Source of the DNA: an uncultured bacterium
GTDB lineage: Bacteria; Zixibacteria; MSB-5A5; JAABVY01; JAHJOQ01
Assembly (NCBI GenBank): GCA_965369655.1
Contig: CBDUQR010000001.1
Location: forward strand, 192,001-256,000
DNA: 64,000 nt
Direction of reading: 5' to 3'
Positions 61,301 to 64,000 of this stretch are shown here, piece after piece. The first letter of the stretch is position 1. The number at the start of each line of letters is the position of its first letter. The notes under the pieces were generated by a model. That model was not told the origin of the DNA and did not search any database. It saw only the letters and a program-made list of their open reading frames with translations. The position numbers and the translations under genes were made by a program.

Positions 61301-61682
61301 CACCCTCAAACCAGCGGAATTCCAGATAGTCTGTGAGGATGAGATTGCCGAGCCCCTGGCGATATCGCTTGAGTTGCTCGCCATCTCGGATTTTAGGTTT
61401 GACCCGCCCGGAGTCTGATTCGATGGCATCCAGGGACTTGCCAATGTCCTTTGCCTCGATATAGCCGAGCGGTGTCTGACCGTGAGTGATAATAAAATCC
61501 GGTGCGCCGCATTTCTCGCGCTTTGGTTCGTTGGTAGCTTTGATCCCTGTCCGGAATGATTCGATCAGTTCCTTAAGAGCAGGTCGGTAGGTATGTTTAG
61601 TTGCATTGCCAGTACGGAAGTCGCTTCCAATGCTCTTCAAGTAGCGAGCGACAGCCCCAGCTTCGTTATTCGCTTTCGTCAT
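58380..61682 (-). CDS. Single-chain restriction-modification enzyme (PD-(D/E)xK nuclease, N6-adenine MTase, type ISP-like C-terminal specificity region; no helicase)
   Basis: APDFII...YIEAK; GVYYTP; motif I LDPAVGTG; motif IV GNPPY; ENVFDIQQGV; YRPFD; FLKIDFPRIP; VWEFHIGGYQVCQKWLKDRK. Confidence 0.9.
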   Translation of the reverse strand: MTKANNEAGAVARYLKSIGSDFRTGNATKHTYRPALKELIESFRTGIKATNEPKREKCGAPDFIITHGQTPLGYIEAKDIGKSLDAIESDSGRVKPKIRDGEQLKRYRQGLGNLILTDYLEFRWFEGGKHRLTARIASVTADRKLREDKSGIEQFFDLMNEFLVTRVSTVSDPKELAKRMAGLAKILKSTIIEAFGDEDKGGSLHSQLEGFREVLLHDLKPDQFADMYAQTICYGLFSAKCNHPESKSFRRKDAVYALPKTNPFLIEMFDYIAGRRLDERLVWAVDHLVELLNRADLHAILKDFGQRTRREDPVVHFYETFLAAYDPKMRKARGVYYTPEPVVSYIVRSIDHILKTDFGIEDGLADTSKIPVYKTEKNKNGKPLRKKVGECHKVLILDPAVGTGTFLHGVIDHIHEHLVSKGQKGTWSSYVSEHLLPRLFGFELLMAPYAVAHMKLGLQLKELGYDFKSGERLRVYLTNTLEKARDKQIGVPFADIIAEEANQAVEIKSEAPVMVILGNPPYSGHSANKGEWISRLLRGKDTMTGESTANYFEVDGKPLGERNPKWLNDDYVKFIRFAQWRIEKTGYGILAFISNHSYLDNPTFRGMRQSLLTTFDRIHVLDLHGNTKKKEICPDGSKDENVFDIQQGVAVGIFVTGEDRKKSIKVNYGSMWGLREQKYGQLVSENVQNTDWLTLSPSHPHYLFIPQDENLRPEYDRCWLITNVFSLSGSTMTTARNRFSIAYEPETLMHRASDLVSESINDDWLRSEYGLRDVSYWKLSSARDELREADDIENFIKPLCYRPFDFRYVLYHKAVCERLRQDVLGHMVPGNLALLTHRPQSPRDFTFAYCTRMIGDQCVAANKSAGGGNSFQFPLYRCLAHKKHDLFDGDSSTNAQGARRSNLSAEFMEDCAKGLRMTFIPDGKGDLKKTFGPEDVFDYIYAVLHSPTYRSRYAEFLKIDFPRIPLTSKERLFRNLCALGEELVGLHLMEKHGPNLTAYPVDGDHLVEKIRYSEPGAKNPLGRVWINKEQFFEGVAPEVWEFHIGGYQVCQKWLKDRKRRNLSCDDLDHYQHIVSALSETIRLMAEIDEAIENQGGWPIN

Positions 61683-61814
61683 TCCAGGTCAGCTCCATAT
61701 TCTGGACAGATGTCCTGTATGCTCTGGCAACGGTGCAATTATCCCTGAATATTGAGACAAAAGCAAGCTCAAATTCGGAGCCAGTGCGACAGGTGACCCA
61801 CCCCTATACTTCTT

Positions 61815-61908
61815 CAGTCGAGTAGGGATGAACCCGTAGTGAAGCGGAGTGGTTCAGCCGTCTTAACAAGATGGCAGAACCGCTCCGTTACACTTCGGAT
61901 TCTACCCT
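61815..61908. repeat. GTAG-type REP doublet, copy E
   Basis: CAGTCGAGTAGGGATGAACCCGTAGTGAAGCGGAGTGGTTCAGCC...GATGGCAGAACCGCTCCG...CTACCCT. Confidence 0.8.
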
Positions 61909-61952
61909 CTGGCAATGTGCGGAAAATGTACATCTTTGATACAAGAATCTTG

Positions 61953-61981
61953 TTGCAAATACAGCGAATGTGCCGTATGTT
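61953..61981 (+). promoter_or_regulatory. Sigma70-like promoter preceding the ncRNA candidate
   Basis: TTGCAA-N17-TATGTT. Predicted start near 61988, just before the 5' arm of the rod. Confidence 0.5.
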
Positions 61982-61992
61982 ATATACACATT

Positions 61993-62173
61993 GGAGAGAG
62001 TGGGTGGTCGTTTGATTTACTAACACTTTACCAATGAAGGTCGCCCCTTGTGAGTTGAAAGGGATGCCGTGACCTCCAGGATGGAGCAGCGTCTCTCAAA
62101 TACTGCGGTGGCTGTGAAAACCCTTTACCGTATGTAAACGGTGTTCTTCCAAACGCCCAGTGCCCCTCTCTCC
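61993..62173 (+). ncRNA. Candidate 181-nt rod-shaped non-coding RNA (6S-like shape and size)
   Basis: Nested pairings found by hand: GGAGAGAG/CTCTCTCC, GGGTG/TGCCC, CGTTTG/CAAACG, AACAC/GTGTT, TTTAC/GTAAA, GAAGG/CCTTT, TCGCC/GGTGG, TTGA/TCAA, GGGATGC/GCGTCTC, CTCCA/TGGAG. The G-U pairs favour the + strand. No credible ORF is present. Confidence 0.55.
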
Positions 62174-62316
62174 TCCTTCTAATTCCCGCGCGTATATTTT
62201 TCAGTTTGAATCAATCATCGTTGTATTAGAAACAATCTGAGCCGCCAGTGTTAACTTCCGGCACATCCGACCGATTAAATGGGAGAAAAGGTCAAACTTT
62301 GAACAGGGAGTTCCCG

Positions 62317-62736
62317 ATGGAAAAAACCACTTATGCTGATCGTGCTGGTGGCGCGGAGAGAAGAGAATCGTCTCGCATAAAGCGAAGCATGGCTATCAAA
62401 GCTACCCGGATCGAGTATCCGATGAGTCTGGTAGTCTCTGCTGAAGGAGCTATGGTCAACCTGTCGCGCGGCGGCGTTCAGTTCACTTGCAGCAAAGAAT
62501 TCGACTTGAATTCGCTGGTGCAACTCAATATGACTCTCCCGGGCTGGACGAAACATCATCCTGGATTTATCAGGGTTTACGAGGATTCGATAGGCCGCCC
62601 ATTCACCGCTGTAGGCGAGGTTCTGCGCTGTGAGAAATCGGGCGACGATTACAGCATCGCAACACGTTTCGTGAACATCGATCCCGATGATATGATCGGC
62701 TTCGAAGGCTATCTGTCAGCTAAGGATCTTATGTAA
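62317..62736 (+). CDS. PilZ-domain c-di-GMP-binding protein
   Basis: RxxxR motif ERRESSR and NxSxxG motif NLSRGG; ATG after GGGAG. Confidence 0.88.
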   Translation: MEKTTYADRAGGAERRESSRIKRSMAIKATRIEYPMSLVVSAEGAMVNLSRGGVQFTCSKEFDLNSLVQLNMTLPGWTKHHPGFIRVYEDSIGRPFTAVGEVLRCEKSGDDYSIATRFVNIDPDDMIGFEGYLSAKDLM

Positions 62737-62763
62737 GCCTGACGGTCCGGCTTCGGATGACGT

Positions 62764-63672
62764 TTATTTCAGTGCCTTCCAGACAAAGCCGTCCGCCTCT
62801 CGAAGCAGTCTGCGGGCTGTTGAAGAATCGACTTCTTTAAGAATCATCACGATCGCGGTCTTAACGTTTCTCCGTGACAGCGACAGATATTTCCCTGCCT
62901 CTCTGTACGAAACGCCGGTCACCTCCATCAGGATTCGCTTCGATCTCTCGGTCAGTTTCTCAGATCTCGCTTCGAGATCGACCATGCGATTACCATATGT
63001 CTTGCCGAGTCTGACCATCGCTGTCGTCGTTATCATATTGAGGATCAACTTTGTCGCCGTGCCAGCCTTCATCCGTGTCGATCCTGTCACGACTTCCGGA
63101 CCGAGAATCGGGTTGACCAGCACATCGACTTTCACAGGCAGGCTCTCGACCGGATTGCAGCAAAGATATATTGTCATTGCCCCGATTTTTCGGGCTTCAG
63201 CGACTCCGGCCAGTGTGTAGGGTGTCCGCCATGATGCCGCGATGCCAACGACAATATCCCCCTTCCGTACGCCGTTTTTCCTGATGTCCGCCCTGGCTGC
63301 GGCACGATCGTCTTCAACGCCCTCACGGGATCGCACAAGCGTGCGCCTGCCGCCCGCGATAATCCCGGTGACAATCGACGGTTTCACTCCGAATGTCGGT
63401 GGACATTCCGATGCATCGAGCACACCCAATCGTCCCGATGTTCCCGCGCCTATGTAGAAAAGCCTGCCTCCTGCTCGTAGCGAATCGACGACATGGCGAA
63501 CAGCCTGCTCTATCTGAGGGATTGCTTTCCTGACAGCTGGCGCGATCCTGTGATCTTCCGTGTTGATTAGACGCAGGATTTCCCTGATGGAGAGCTTATC
63601 GAGATCGGAACTGGAGGATAGTACGCTTTCGGTGATAAGATTCTGAAGTTCGTTAAAGACTCGTTTTGACAT
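62764..63672 (-). CDS. murQ: N-acetylmuramic acid 6-phosphate etherase
   Basis: GAGTSGRLGVLDASECPPTFG; GPEVVTGSTRMKAGTATK; GKTYGNRMVD. Confidence 0.95.
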   Translation of the reverse strand: MSKRVFNELQNLITESVLSSSSDLDKLSIREILRLINTEDHRIAPAVRKAIPQIEQAVRHVVDSLRAGGRLFYIGAGTSGRLGVLDASECPPTFGVKPSIVTGIIAGGRRTLVRSREGVEDDRAAARADIRKNGVRKGDIVVGIAASWRTPYTLAGVAEARKIGAMTIYLCCNPVESLPVKVDVLVNPILGPEVVTGSTRMKAGTATKLILNMITTTAMVRLGKTYGNRMVDLEARSEKLTERSKRILMEVTGVSYREAGKYLSLSRRNVKTAIVMILKEVDSSTARRLLREADGFVWKALK

Positions 63673-64000
63673 CTACTGCGGATTTATTCGCGCTACCAGT
63701 GTATCGCTTTTCGATAATGTCCCGACGCCGATGGTGCCGGAGATATCGTGTCCATCTACATTGCCGGTTGGAAGCTGCATTGTCAATGGAAAAAAGAGAC
63801 CGGGCCACGAATTGAATGTCTCGCGATAAGAAAGAACATAAATGCGATACGTTCCGGGGAGTGGATCATCCGTGCCGTCGGCTTTGCGGAACGCTCCGTC
63901 CGGAACCGTTGCTGCAGTTGTGCCGGTTGTCACGAATTCCGCAATGTCGGGCGCGGCTGCAGCCGAGTCAGGCTTGACCACTGTCAGGATATACCCCTGA
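63673..64000 (-). CDS. 3' part of a hypothetical protein (5' end outside the window)
   Basis: The frame stays open to the window edge (QGYILTVVKPDSAAAAP...), and its stop codon abuts the murQ start. Confidence 0.6.
   Translation of the reverse strand, partial: QGYILTVVKPDSAAAAPDIAEFVTTGTTAATVPDGAFRKADGTDDPLPGTYRIYVLSYRETFNSWPGLFFPLTMQLPTGNVDGHDISGTIGVGTLSKSDTLVARINPQ

Noticed and set aside
62060-62095. SRP (4.5S) RNA, suggested by GGAGCAGC next to an apical hairpin
   Set aside because: It lacks the conserved CAGG strand and the GNRA tetraloop of SRP helix 8.

Overview
This 64-kb chromosomal window most likely comes from an FCB-group bacterium. Dockerin tails of the GDxDxSGxVDIDDVVYLIxYIFxGGPPP type, FlgD/T9SS-like C-terminal sorting domains and a TBDR + PorV-like cluster suggest candidate Zixibacteria or a relative (inference, not tested). 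The left 15 kb is the most novel part. It holds two divergent cassettes with the same layout: sigma factor, anti-sigma factor, dedicated protease, secreted target. Cassette A (minus strand) is an ECF sigma, a membrane anti-sigma, an exported TPR-CHAT caspase-like protease and an astacin metalloprotease that the ORF track missed. Cassette B (plus strand) is a divergent sigma-like protein, a soluble ZAS anti-sigma with an internal LAA motif, an ATPase-less Lon protease domain fused to a TM helix and an extracytoplasmic domain, and a secreted CTD protein. Each cassette has its own ECF-like promoter motif twice, once before the anti-sigma/protease genes and once before the target. Other notable content: an NLR-like STAND/TPR protein with a C-terminal TIR domain, a cohesin/dockerin system whose dockerins sit on peptidases (S8, papain-like, M28), and a promoter-preceded 181-nt rod-like ncRNA candidate. 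A family of GTAG-type REP-like palindromes lies beside both defence genes. The rest is tpl, Rrf2-cysK, tRNA-Ser(GCT), an ArsR/ArsP/ArsF/ArsG-like operon, coaX, a TBDR cluster, a two-component cluster, an M16 pair, acpS, a helicase-less type ISP/IIG-like RM enzyme, PilZ and murQ. All calls come from reading motifs by eye; no database searches or folding programs were run.
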